A stretch of 54,198 nt of DNA, filler included, from Squatina squatina (GCA_031763465.1; 3 parts of 3 records of this genome joined end to end with filler, not necessarily neighbours in it); one strand, 5' to 3'; positions 1-12,779 are shown, counted from the first letter of the whole stretch. The notes: a model not told the origin generated them from the sequence alone. Made by a program: numbers and translations.

Positions 1-749
1 GTGATATCATCGAGGTGTTTAAAATGATAATGTGATTCCATATGGTGGAGAAAAAGAAACTATTTCCTCTGGTGTGGTAATACGGAACAAGGGGCTATCA
101 CCTTAAAATTAACAGAGTGATTCCTGCCAATGAACCAGAAGCTACTGGAAGCTGTACAGAAGCAATCTGCGCACAATTGTCAGATCGCAAATCTAAAAAA
201 ATAACATTCACAACAGATGGAGGTCTGTGCAAAAGACAAATCTAGCGTTTTTTTTTCCCCTAGTTGGAAATAATTTTATTATAAAGAAATGCAAATCAAA
301 TTAAAAACGCGCAACATTTGAAAAATATCCGTCACTCAATCTTCTTGAAGATAAGACACTTCTCTAAATCCGCTTCTTTATTCCTTATTTTGGGAAGTCC
401 GGCAGCAACAAACAAAAACTAACACTGGGACTGTGCACACACAACTACTTCCTGTTCATTGCCAGCAGTCAGGCCTAAAATTAAAGCTATGCCTTTTTAG
501 GAATGAAATCAGAAGGCACTTTTTGATACAAAAGATTGTGGAGATTTGGAACCATCTCTCTCAAAAGGCCATGGATTCCGGGTAAATTGAATTTTTCAGG
601 TCTGAGAGTGATAGACTCTTGTTCGGCAAGGGGATCAAGGGATATGGAGCAAAGGCGGGTAAGTGGAGTTGAGGTTCAGGTCAGCCATGATCTAACTGAA
701 TGTCAGAACAGGCTCAAGGGATTGAGTAGTTTATTCATGCTCCTATGTT
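1..749 (+). mobile_element. CR1-type LINE 3' end (ORF2 C-terminus + 3' UTR), interrupted by an insertion at 113-475
   Basis: Degenerate CR1 tail: gaggtgtttaaaatgat...ggaacaaggggc..ccttaaaatt / aggaatgaaatcagaaggcacttttt...gtggagatttggaacc...gggatcaagggatatggagcaaaggcgggtaagtggagttgagg...cagccatgatct...tcctatgtt. Confidence 0.8.
113..475. mobile_element. Non-autonomous DNA transposon (MITE) with 9-bp TSD and degenerate TIRs
   Basis: TAAAATTAA at 104-112 and 476-484; left end tgattcctgccaatgaaccagaagctact vs reverse complement of right end tgactgctggcaatgaacaggaagtagt; CR1 sequence is colinear once the insert is removed. Confidence 0.65.
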
Positions 750-3476
750 GGGTGAGCAGAATTGTGGTCTCAACCATCCATTTGTTCATGTGTGTCACAC
801 TTTAAATGTACATGTTGGTGGCAAGTTAATAAATTGATGTAGAACTTTCCTGCAGTGAGCACGAGTTCAACTTGTGTTATCTTCAGTTCATGACATCACA
901 ACAAGGGAATTTTATACATGTCTGCCCAAACTCTGAGCAGCACAGTGAACACCTGAATAACCAGTATGGTGGGTTGTCCAGACTCCAGCCCATGGGCCGA
1001 ACCCGGCTTGATTCACAATTTCATCAAAGCTTTCCCTTTTAACACCCCTTTTCATCTCTGAGGCAGCAGGTGAAAGAAGTGAGGTAGGCGTGACAATAGA
1101 CAAGTGGTCACCTCTGGAAAAACCCAGCAGCTGATCCTCTGGTAGGATTTTGGAAATTTCAAACTTAATGATTTGTCTGTAATCGCACAATATTTCAATG
1201 TAGATGAGTGATTTGGCCATCCTCAGTACCAATTGCAGAGAAGTATAGAGACACAGCAGAGATTCTTTAAAGGAATCACAGAATACACAGGAAATAACAT
1301 TTACTCTTCAAATCCAGTCAGATAGCTCAGTTCACATTTTTAAAAATAATCCCTAATGTTTTCAGGATAAATGCCTGAAAAACAGGAGAACTGACAAACT
1401 ATTAAAGAAAACTTAGATATTTTAATCACCTCCTAACTCTTCACTTCAATTAAATGCAACTGATATTACTCATGAATATTATAATCATGTAAATGCACTA
1501 TAAAAGCATCAGTAATATTTAATGGGGCATAATTATGACAAATTATCATACCTTGTAATGTGTGTTTCCCATGTGAAAATTAACAGCATTTTTACATTAG
1601 AGAAGGCTGCCAATAGAAAGAAAACACGTTCCGTACCATGCTCAGTGTTTGACAAGGATTTGCCAAAGATCATGAGAAAAAGACAAACTTGCACGTGCAA
1701 TTCCTTAAAGAGTATAAATATATGCTTATTTCAATATAATTTTCTATATGCACTCAAAATGTGACAATATATCTTCTACTCAATAGATTTGTGTTAAAAC
1801 CTCTTGCACCTTTGAAAAATTTGTATTCTTTGCCCAAGTTATTTTTTTAACAAATTTTGCTGCGTNNNNNNNNNNNNNNNNNNNNNNNNNNNNNNNNNNN
1901 NNNNNNNNNNNNNNNNNNNNNNNNNNNNNNNNNNNNNNNNNNNNNNNNNNNNNNNNNNNNNNNNNATAATATGGATTACATGTATTATATTTTATTTTCA
2001 GCTTTAAAAATAGAATAAAAATGGAGAAATCTATAGACTAAATCATTGGTAGTTTCCTATCAATTAACTGAAAAGAGTAACCCAGTTCCATTTTTAGTTT
2101 TAAATCTACATGCTGCCAAAGTCATTACACTGTGTAGAGTTGACCCAAAGTGTATTCCCTTCACTTGTGCATCTGTATTACGGCATGAAAATTGTAATTC
2201 AATCCCATCCAAACATTTAAGTATGGGTAGCCTGATTCTTTCCTTTTTTCTCTCCCTTTCTGAAACCATTATCCTCCATTAGGTAGTTTTCCTTTCTCAT
2301 ACTGAGTATGATGTCACAGTCAGTAACCACAAGAGTGGAGATTTGTGTTTCGTTTGCCACAGCCAATAAATCTTCAGTGTCTTCGCTGATTCGCATCACT
2401 CCATTTCATCTCAAGAGGCAGTGTTCTCTATCACTCCCTCTAAAATCCCCTTTCTCTGCACAAGGTCACTCCCTGGTGGCTACATATTCCCTAGAATTTC
2501 TTTAAATGGATTAATTAATATCAAATTTATAAAGCAGTAATCAGAGCCTGCAATATGAAGTACAGTGGCTCTTTCTGAGTGAACAGCTCAATCCACATAG
2601 TGACANNNNNNNNNNNNNNNNNNNNNNNNNNNNNNNNNNNNNNNNNNNNNNNNNNNNNNNNNNNNNNNNNNNNNNNNNNNNNNNNNNNNNNNNNNNNNNN
2701 NNNNNCTTGCATGAGCAAAAGGAAAGGATGGTGGAGTTTTTTGTGCTACTTGATTCAGTCATTGACCTGTGGACATGTTTGAATGTACATCATACCAGAG
2801 ATGGGTTCAAATGCCTGGTGAGTGGCTCCATGTCCAAGAGATGGAGGTGTGTGTTTTTGACTTGGCGACACGGACAATGAATTTCCTAATGTATGGTATT
2901 TATATTCGATACTTTAGTGCATATTTCATGTGAATTTTGAAGCTGAAGTATAGCCTGAAATTTGGATCCTCTCTGTGTAATGTAGCTCCTGCTGTGGCAG
3001 TAGATCAGCGAGACCTGGCTGACACTACCCCTCCCTGAGCTACATGCATTCATTATATGCTGTTTGCATCATTCCAAAAGAAAACGTCAAATAAAATCAA
3101 TGACTTCATTCTTTAACACTTCCTCCCCAACTAGACAGTCCTGTAACCTCATAGCCTATTGCCTCAAACCCTGTATCTTAATTAAAGCTGCACTGCACCA
3201 TAACTGCTTCAATTATGTTTTACTTTGATTAATGGAGTGATGTTACTGTTCTCTATATTAAGCCTAGAATAAATAGAATAATGTATCATAAATCATTTGC
3301 AATAGTACTCTAACATATTTTGCAGATTTCGTACAAAAACAAGAAAGTGGAGTTTAATCATATCTAATCTCCTTTCTCCACTTAATAGANNNNNNNNNNN
3401 NNNNNNNNNNNNNNNNNNNNNNNNNNNNNNNNNNNNNNNNNNNNNNNNNNNNNNNNNNNNNNNNNNNNNNNNNNNN

Positions 3477-3866
3477 ACAGTGGACAGCAAACTGTGAGAT
3501 AGTGCCAATATCTCCAGCTCTCGCCTGGAAGGAGCTAAACACATGAAAGTTAATTACCGCAGTCACCTTCACCGCCACTGGCAATGCAATCCTTGCCCTG
3601 CTCGGAGGTTGCAGTTGTGGCTGCAGCAAGTGGCAGATTTCAGTGATGACGTCCTTACTGAAGCTCAGACATCTCACACATTGTTCCTCGCTGAAGTTCA
3701 GGTCGGAGAATTGCTCCCTGAACACCCTGGATGGATATGGCCTCCTGCTGAAAGCCCTTCTCCCTCTTCCAGCAACTTGTCCTGCTCTGCATAGCCTCTG
3801 TTCATTCTCTAAGTCATGCTGTATTTCAAGGGGAATTCCTACTATTGCACCCATGTTTGGCAGCAA
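3477..3866 (-). pseudogene. PIF/Harbinger transposase N-terminal fragment (HARBI1-like), runs into a gap
   Basis: RRPYPSRVFREQFSDLNFSEEQCVRCLSFSKDVITEICHLLQPQLQPPSRARIALPVAVKVTAVINFHVFSSFQARAGDIGTISQFAVHC fits the HARBI1-family HTH pattern (L..L...L.P......A......V..AL.F.A.GSFQ...GD..GISQ). Confidence 0.9.
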
Positions 3867-4024
3867 GTGGTTTGTGCAGAAGTCCTGAAGTCAGGAAAGC
3901 CCTTTAGCAGGTGCTACACCTCTCCCTGTAGACTTTTCTAACTTGAAACAACTATAGAAAGCACCAAACACTTGTAGAATTGGAGCAACAGCCAAAATAC
4001 ATCAATTAGCAACTAACCTATAAG

Positions 4025-4175
4025 CAATGTTCCCTCTAAGTAAAAGGAAAGGTCCTGTGCAGGCCGCTCATCGGCTTTCCAATTGTAAACAGCACACACG
4101 CACAAAAATTTAAAGGAATCGCACATTGAAAGAAACAGGACGCGCAGAGCAAAGCGCAGCTAACAAGGAACATTG
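4025..4175. mobile_element. 151-bp hAT-type MITE nested in the Harbinger element
   Basis: TIRs caatgttccctctaag / ctaacaaggaacattg; 8-bp flanking direct repeats cctataag (4017-4024) and cctagaat (4176-4183). Confidence 0.75.
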
Positions 4176-4319
4176 CCTAGAATATGACGATCCCTTTAAA
4201 TAGCACTAGTAAGGCTTTCTTCCTGCTGCTGAAGGCGTGTTCAGCTGTGTGAGTTTAAGATAGGACATTAGCTGGAGCATTGAGCTCCAGAATGGCCATG
4301 TTGGCGTCAAATCAGCGAT

Positions 4320-5165
4320 GGTGAGGGCACCACCTGTGCGCACACAGTGAACGTCACCGTCGGTGAGGGTATCACCCACTCGCATGCAGTGAACATTACT
4401 GGTGAGGGCGTCACCCACGCGCACGCAGTGAGCGTCACCGTCGGCTCGAACGTCACCTGCGCGCACGCAGTGAGCGTCACCATTGTTGAGGGCGTCACCC
4501 ACCCGCACACACGCAGTGAGCATCACCGTTGGTGAGAGCGTCACCGTCAGTGAGGGCGTCACCGTCAGTGAGGGCATCACCCACACGCACGCAGTGAGCA
4601 TCAGCACTGGTAAGGGCATCACCCATGCTTACGCAGTGAGCAACAGTGTCGGTGAGGGTATCACTCATGCGCATGTAGTGAGTGTCAGCGTTGGTGAGGG
4701 TAGCACTTGTGCACACGCAGTGAGCATCAGCTTCGGTGAGAGTAGCACTCGTGCTCACGCAGTGAGCATCAGCGTTGGTGAGGTTAGCACGTGTACGCAT
4801 GCAGTGAGCGTCAGCGTTGGTGAGGGTAGCACGTGCACGCATGCAGTGAGCGTCAGCGTGGGTGAAGGTATTACTCTTGCGCACGCAGTGAGCGTCAGTA
4901 TTGGCGAGGGTAGCATGTGTATACATGCAGTGAGCGTCAGCATGGGTGAGGGTATCACTCTTGCGCACGCAGTGTGTCTCTGCGCTGGTGAGGGCAGCAT
5001 GTGTACGTATGTAATAAGCATCAGCGTGGGTGAGCGTTTCACTCTTGCGCACACAGTGAGCATTAGCATTGGCGAGGGCAGCACCTGTACGCATGCAGTG
5101 AGCATCAGCATTGATGAGGGCATCACCCGCGCGCAGTGAGCGTGTGCGTGTGTGATGCCCTCACC
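4320..5165. repeat. 42-bp minisatellite, about 19-20 diverged copies, with an inverted partial unit at the end
   Basis: gcagtgag/gtagtgag recurs at 4591, 4633, 4675, 4717; consensus approx. cacgcagtgagcgtcagcgtcggtgagggcatcacccgcgcg; gtgatgccctcacc (~5152-5165) is the reverse complement of ggtgagggcatcac. Confidence 0.95.
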
Positions 5166-6414
5166 AATATGGTGTCTGGCGTGATTCATTGCACAAATGT
5201 GCGCATGTGCCGCAGACACCATTTTGGAGCGCTAAGGGCACTTGTAACGCCCAAAACATTGGTGCTGCGGATCTGAATTTTGTGCCCAATGTTTCAGGAT
5301 TATGTTAATATATTAGGCCAATTTATATGTAAGTATATTTTGCGTGTGGCTTCACAGGTGGCTTCCCTTAGAATTTTACCCTGTTTAATCTTCAGTCCAT
5401 AGCCGTGTAAAACAAGTGAGGTATATAGAGCTATCTGATCCATAGTTTGGTGCCCTTCACAGAAATAACTTTCTCCACCTTAATTTCAGCATCACTGATA
5501 TTGGCATCTATCCACATTATGTCTTGACTGGTAACTGGAATTAAATCCACTTCCTTCAAGACTGCAGTAAGTGCTGATCACGCAAATATTGAAACTATCT
5601 ACAGCAAATTCTTATTTTCTTCTAAATTATCAGTTGAAAGCCTCTTACTGTGATTTAATTAAGAGCAAAATAAATTAGATCTACTTTTCCTTATGTTAAT
5701 GAAGCTTTTGCTTACAGATCTAACGGAAGTATCAACAAGGCAAGCACATAAACTAGCCTTTATTAAAAAAGTGTTGGTTTGTGTCATCTAAGTCTGTTTC
5801 TATATCTACTGTGTCATTTATTTACATTCTGCAATGCTGAATGAGCTTGGTCAATGAATACCATCAATTGTGCTCAGCAGCTAAAGATTTTTTACTTTGA
5901 AGCAATTTATTTAAGCAATCATGAAGATATTTGCATTATTAATAAATAGTGCATACTGGGATTAATTTGGCCATGAAACAAAGCTCAATTTGTGCACTAA
6001 ACCTTAGCTACATTGTTTGAATTAGTAAACTTCTTAGTCACATTTTTCATTACTTACAATTTGACAATGATTTAAATGGACAGTTAATGAAAATATTCAT
6101 ACACATCATATATATCATAAATATAAGCTCTTTCAATAAGTTGGAATATTCAATCTTTTCTTTTACGGTGTGGTAGTATTTAAAGAGAATTGGTATGTAT
6201 TAAGTAGATAACCAATGAAATGAATTCACAGATTATATGCTGCATTTTGAAAATGTAACTCTGACAATAGTGACTAAGATTCAGTAATAAAATACCATAA
6301 GTTCCGAGGGAAAACCTTTACTCTATTTCCTTTATACAGCCATAGCTATTGTTAGTTTTAGTCAATTGTATTTCCATGCTGTACCTGTTCAATTGATATC
6401 TTTTCCATTTTTAG

Positions 6415-6549
6415 AACAAGAAGGGAACTGATTTGTTGCTTGGAGTTGATGCCTTCGGCCTCCATATTTATGATCTTGAGAACAAACTGACACCTAAAAT
6501 ATCTTTTCCATGGAATGAAATTCGTAACATTTCATATAGTGATAAAGAG
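6415..6549 (+). CDS. NF2: Merlin (NF2 or NF2-like) internal exon, FERM F3 lobe, equivalent to human exon 8
   Basis: ttttag|...|gtaagt, 135 bp, phase 0/0; [45 protein letters not shown] vs human [45 protein letters not shown]. Confidence 0.93.
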
Positions 6550-8841
6550 GTAAGTTGTTGTTTTATTGTGGAACATAGTGACATTTTTAATACAAACTTC
6601 TGTATCTTCCATGACATTGGTCACAGATAGTCTGGGGTCTGGAATGCAATTTTTGATTTTTACATGGCTCGCTTTGAAGTTCCAGAATTGCTCATCCTGC
6701 GCTGAGGCAGTACTCGGGCTCTGTCTCCGATGTTGGCATNNNNNNNNNNNNNNNNNNNNNNNNNNNNNNNNNNNNNNNNNNNNNNNNNNNNNNNNNNNNN
6801 NNNNNNNNNNNNNNNNNNNNNNNNNNNNNNNNNNNNNNNCTGAAAAATTAACAGTCTCTCTTCAGGGGTTATTCAGAATTTTGCAGATTGTCCAACCCAA
6901 TCTATTTTCCACATCAGGAATGTTTTGGAGGATACTTCTGGCTGATCTGACTGGGATCAGCTGCTGTTCTCTCGCTTTTATTGGTATTTAACCATCGGCA
7001 TTTATATATTACAGTTAATGTTGCTCACATCATAAGTGGATAATATGCATTCATTGGCATATAAGCTTAACAGGGAGTGACCAACCATAGCACTGTATAA
7101 TTTGGATTAATTCACATGGAACAAAAGAATGATCTCTATTTACATTGTATATGGTAATTAATTCACATTAACTTAGTGTGATACCAGCCTGAACAGACAA
7201 CTGCAGTTGCCCAAGTACCTGAGCACTATTATTTACATCATCAAAGTGCAGAGAGAATGCTGATGAAAGGGGGGTATTATGGGTTGTCATGAAAGTCTTA
7301 CATTGAAATGGCAGAAATATAGCATTGTTTTCATTCTTCAGTCCAAATCCTCAGGCCGAGTATATACTGGTGCCGAACTGGATTAAAAGCTCTACCCTCA
7401 TGTAGCCAGAACAGCTACTGAACAAATACTCCAGCAGAAACTATCTTTGAAAATAGATAGCTACTTTCCAATGTTTTCACACACGAGCAATGCATACTGC
7501 TGTGCTTTATTTGCTGGCCACTTCCCTGTGCGTTGTGCTGCAAATGGAGTAACTTTGACAGCATGNNNNNNNNNNNNNNNNNNNNNNNNNNNNNNNNNNN
7601 NNNNNNNNNNNNNNNNNNNNNNNNNNNNNNNNNNNNNNNNNNNNNNNNNNNNNNNNNNNNNNNNNGTTGCGACCAATGTACAAAGGGTTAATTTAAATTT
7701 ATGATCATATTTATACATCTCATTAACTGCAACCATAATTACAATGTAGAATGTCAAATAAAGACTGCATATTATACAATTTGTGCAATTGTTACTTTTT
7801 ATTAGAATTTTCTAGTTAATTCATGCAAGGCAAGATAAAGTTAGTCTTGTAACCTTACATTATTTTTCACATTTTAAAGCCTTTAATAGCAGCTGAGCTC
7901 AAACATTTACAATATAATCCTTGGCAATGAAATATAACAATATAAACAAATAGCAAGGAGATAAAATACACCATATTTCAAAATGCATTAAACTAATTTA
8001 GTATCTCCAAATGGGCATTTATACAATTACATCACTAAAGACATTTTTCTTCAGTTTTAAAAGATTTGTATAATAACCTCAGTACACAATGACAATTAGA
8101 AAAGTATGTATTGCGCCTGTCAGGTGCAATATATTTCCAGCTAAACTGGAATATAAGAATAATTCCAGCAAGCAGCATGTTTTTCAATAAATGAAAGTAA
8201 AAGCCAAAAACAATTAAAACAGCCTTACTTCTTACATCTAAAAAAAACTTCTGCGGCCCACATGTGTAGAACAGTGATAGCAGCCTCTTAATTAATAACA
8301 TGGATGGAAACCTCTTGGTAATCAATTAACATTAGTGGCAAAAGTCAATCTCCCCACCCCCCATCCCGCCCTGTGACTGATAGGGTTCCTAAACTTAATC
8401 CTGTTATCTTTTGCCTTCTATGCCTGAAAAAGCCTGCAGATTAACGTGGCAGACATTATCGAATTTATAACCGGCCATTCAGACATCTGCCCTACTTTTG
8501 CCAGCGAGTTAATGTAAAAGGAGCTAATCTGTTTAAGAGCAATGGGGGCATTTCATAAATTTGAGTGCAAAGGACGGTTGAGGCTGTCATATCTCTTTCA
8601 GAGAGCGGCAGCTGAATAAAAGTGTCAGCCTTCCACTCACCACTCAGCTCAGCGCTTGTTATGGGCAGGCAGCCTTTCCATCTTCCAGCCTCCTGCTTTA
8701 ATGAGATGGCAACACGAATAATGAAACAGTAGGGGGAACAGNNNNNNNNNNNNNNNNNNNNNNNNNNNNNNNNNNNNNNNNNNNNNNNNNNNNNNNNNNN
8801 NNNNNNNNNNNNNNNNNNNNNNNNNNNNNNNNNNNNNNNNN

Positions 8842-8937
8842 GTATTCATCTGCAGGCTCTGTCAGACACAATGCCTCATAACCCTTCTTCAGGAGTCGTC
8901 GAACCAAGGGAGAAGATTGAAACTCTTGTCTGCTGCA
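8842..8937 (-). pseudogene. HSP90B1: Degenerate HSP90B1 (endoplasmin/GRP94) fragment, probable retrocopy
   Basis: [32 protein letters not shown] vs GRP94 [32 protein letters not shown]; many substitutions at normally invariant sites; no pyrimidine-rich acceptor upstream. Confidence 0.75.
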
Positions 8938-11778
8938 TCATTTATTTATTTATTCATTTATTTTTAAACTAGATATATGTAGCATTTTTATACAGGGATA
9001 TGTATGGGTAAATGCACAGCTGGCAGGTGTTCAATTTATGCCTCGTTCTCAATGTCAGTTTTAGGAAGCTATTGTCAGGGCTCAGGGAAGGGGACAAGTT
9101 CACTTCCCCATTTATGTGTCAGATTTACCAGTGGCTTTGAAAAGACCAGTTAAAAGCTACTCTTATCTGAGAATAACAAGTTTCTTCTTCTGACAATCTT
9201 GTTTGCACCACTAAAGAAAAAGTTCCTCGGACACTTTCCCTACCGCTTTTCCAAAACCACACAATCTTTACCGATATCGCACGTTCAGCAAAATGTCCAT
9301 ATACTTCCCTGTCATTACAGAATGGCTGATTGTTTATAACACAACTTTTTTGCACATATTTGTAAGTCAATTTATGCAGCATTGTCTTTGAAAAGGTATC
9401 ACTCTCCCAGAAGTGGAGAGCTTTATGTCAAACATAATACAGTTCAGCAGGCTGTTTTTTTTCTAAACAAAAAGATGTCAAGCATATCCTGTGTAAGTCA
9501 GGAGGAGAAAGTTAAAGCTTAAATCATAACTATAACTGAATTTTAAAAAATCATTTAAAGTTATGAAATACAATGCCTAAAGGTAGTCCATTTCCTATTT
9601 CGAAGCAAAATATGTAATATATCATTTACAGACTATAATCAGAAAACATTGCCTGAAAAATAATACAGGATCATGCTGTGTACATTAACATGACACAGAT
9701 CTTGAGAAGAATGCATGACTAAATAAAGACTGTTTACTCAGGGACTACCTTAGCTACCTGCTATCCCCCAGTTGCTCCCCTTGAAACTTCGTGGCAGATG
9801 TTGCTGCGTTAACTTAGCTCTGAAGTGGCTCATCTTCCCCTAGCTCCCTCACAATAGAGTCAAAATACATTAGATCTCTTTATTTGTGCCCGAGGCCAGT
9901 TCAGGAGCACAGCTGTGTCCTACCCTACTCTACCTTTGGTGTTTAAGTGCCTCAGGCAGCAAATGTGAGACCAAAACTGTTCTGCCACTCTCAACTGCAT
10001 CTGCTGACACTCCAGCCATCTTGCTGCAGGCTGCTGAGGACCACTGCCTCCCGTCCTAACAGATGTCTGCAACAACCTGCTTACTTACACCTGTACTGGC
10101 ACTTGTAACCTCACTGATCATTTGTTGAAAAATTCATGACTCACTACCCTCTCCGAGGATTTACATCCGGAATCAAAGTCTCTGCATTCACTCCATGCAA
10201 GCTCAAAGTGGTTCCACCATGCATTAGTTGCTGGCATTGAAAAGCTTTTCTAGCTTTTATACATCATGCCTAAACTTCAATTACAAGATCAAGGCATTGA
10301 ATCCTACAGTGAATAGTTCCTAAATGAGAAACACNNNNNNNNNNNNNNNNNNNNNNNNNNNNNNNNNNNNNNNNNNNNNNNNNNNNNNNNNNNNNNNNNN
10401 NNNNNNNNNNNNNNNNNNNNNNNNNNNNNNNNNNCAAACCAGGAAGTATAAAGCAGGAAATATAAATTAAATTTAAATGATATGCAGAAAGCAAAATAAA
10501 GATTGGGAAATACAGATGCAATTAAGGGAGAGAGATAAATGAGGCAGATAGAAAAAATCTTTAAAATATTTTCCAACACTAATTTTCTTCTGAGGGAATG
10601 AGACTCCACACTTAGAAAATTAATTTTTCATAGCCAGAAAGATTGTTCAGTAGTAATTATCAGTTATAAAGCTGTTAAAAACACAAAACACAATGCACCA
10701 GTCCTAACTTTTTCAGACATTTTTAATGCAGAACTAATCGGTAAATACCCCAAGTTCACGCCATTGCAGTCATTTCAATGCTGAGTCTATTGGTGAGGCC
10801 TGCAACAGCACACCCTGTGGAGGAGCAGGGTAACTCAGATTCTGGATTTCCACGTTTAAGTGCTCATCTGCATACTCCAGAGGTTGCTGTCACCGCAAAT
10901 TCCAGGCCAAGGAATACACTGGCAAGGTGATTCCACAACCAGCGCCCCCAGTGGGGAATGGCACTCAAAAGGAGGGCAGCTCAGAGAATTGCATTAGTGT
11001 TGCTGCTCGACCTCCAACCTGTGCTCCCAGTGAGTGTGGAAATCATTGAATTTACCCTTACATTGAAAATGCTGGCAAAAAGAACCAAAATACTCCAACA
11101 CTTAACATTTATTTTGTTCTAGTCACTGGGAAGACATGAGCCTCAAGATGCCTTTAATTTTTAAAACCACATTTTTACTGACAATGAATTACATGGTTGA
11201 CCAATGCTTCCCAATCCACCCAACACAATGACAAAGGGCAGTGCCTGAAATACCGCTAGACAATGATTGCAACATTCTCCTGCCTTCACATTTCACTCAG
11301 CATGATTCATATGGATTCCCATTCATTTTAATTAAAGTATCATGGACTGTAATAATTTCAGTTGGCCATTCTTGGGAGTCCTGAATAGCTTGGAATTGCT
11401 TCATGTAGTATCATTTTCAGAGCACCACCACAAAAGTTGTTTATTTAACTTATTTATATCTTGTGTTCATGCAGTTCAGAAAGAGAAGCATTAATAAAAA
11501 TGTATATATTTAAAATGTGATTTCAGGAGATTTGCTTATCACAGAAACCACTTTGAAATGAACACAATAAACCATAAATAAATCATTGCTCTGCAGATAA
11601 CATATAATTAGAAATAATGTCCATCTTGTCCCCCACTCTCCCATACACAACTGCATAGATATTTCCAAGGGCATCTCCAGCACTGTAGATCTACTCTATC
11701 TTCAATAAAACTTGCACATTCTTTTAAAATGAAAGCCCCATCACCACCCCCTACCCCAGAAAAGTATCTGATCAATAC

Positions 11779-11859
11779 CTCATCACCAGTTTGTGGTCGC
11801 ATCAAAGAAACTCGATCGTACTGCTGCCGCATCAGTGCCCACAATGCATCAAGTCTGCC
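11779..11859 (-). CDS. ANTXR2: Anthrax toxin receptor 2 (CMG2) cytoplasmic-tail exon
   Basis: ttatag|GGC...GAG|gtattg, 81 bp, phase 0/0; [27 protein letters not shown] vs human ANTXR2 [27 protein letters not shown] (ANTXR1 has GKLDALWVLLRKGYDRVSV). Confidence 0.9.
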
Positions 11860-12779
11860 CTATAATTTAAAAAGATGCCATAAGATAACATAGAAAAAGA
11901 AACAAGGTTCAGTTGATCTTTTATAATACAAAAAGCACCAGTGTTTTCTTAACCCCTCTGAAAACCCACACTACAAAACTGCATATTTACAATTTGTTTC
12001 CTTTTCTTTTTAATAGTGTAGTCTATCAGCTTTATCAAATGAAAATTAGTTCCCATTTTTCTTGTCATTCTTACTCGTCATCTTGTCTTATTTTTAAAAT
12101 TATTCTTCCTCAGGACAATGCAACAGAAAAGAAGATAATTTTCTTCATTTATACTCGGAATTTATGTCAGGAGGCCTCATGTGTTTGACTTTTGAATCTT
12201 TATTAAATTGTTTCATAGTCAGCACCATGGCCCTGCTAAAATACAATACATTTTCTTCTGGAGTGGATATATGTCAGTAGATAGTGAGAAATTACCTTNN
12301 NNNNNNNNNNNNNNNNNNNNNNNNNNNNNNNNNNNNNNNNNNNNNNNNNNNNNNNNNNNNNNNNNNNNNNNNNNNNNNNNNNNNNNNNNNNNNNNNNNTG
12401 TCAGACTATGCTCCCTCAATACTCAAAGGGTTAAGCTGTGTGTAGGTGTTTGGTTCAAACCTCATTCTATGACAAACAATCGTATGGTCACATCTATTGC
12501 TAACAGAAGAGCATAAGGTTTGTCACGTAGTGGAGTAAAAGATTAAACAAGACATAGCTATTGATTCTACCGTAGGAGCTCAAAGTCTCAAGAGCCAATA
12601 CACTCAGAACGAATTGCCCAGGCTTCATCAGTGAACAGAGGTTTTCCCATTATGCTGTCAAAATGCCAAAGCCAATATCTTGCACTTAAAACTGTACATC
12701 AATATTAGAGAGAGGGGTCACTTAAGAAAAATTGTACTTTTTTTAAAATGGAATATATAATCTGTCTTCTACCAATCTG

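Larger units (their letters stand above)
3477..5287 (-). mobile_element. Harbinger DNA transposon (one terminus, subterminal region and transposase start)
   Basis: Transposase ORF plus GC-richer upstream region ending in gaattttgtgccc (5275-5287), the reverse complement of the GGGC-n-AAATT terminus seen on other Harbinger derivatives in this window. Confidence 0.7.

Noticed and set aside
912-1232. 106-aa minus ORF
   Set aside because: No recognisable homology or clean splice sites; part (968-1010) resembles a decayed hAT-Charlie terminus
4206-5222. Overlapping 138-218 aa ORFs as real genes
   Set aside because: By-products of a 42-bp repeat that is open on both strands; no domain, non-ATG starts for most
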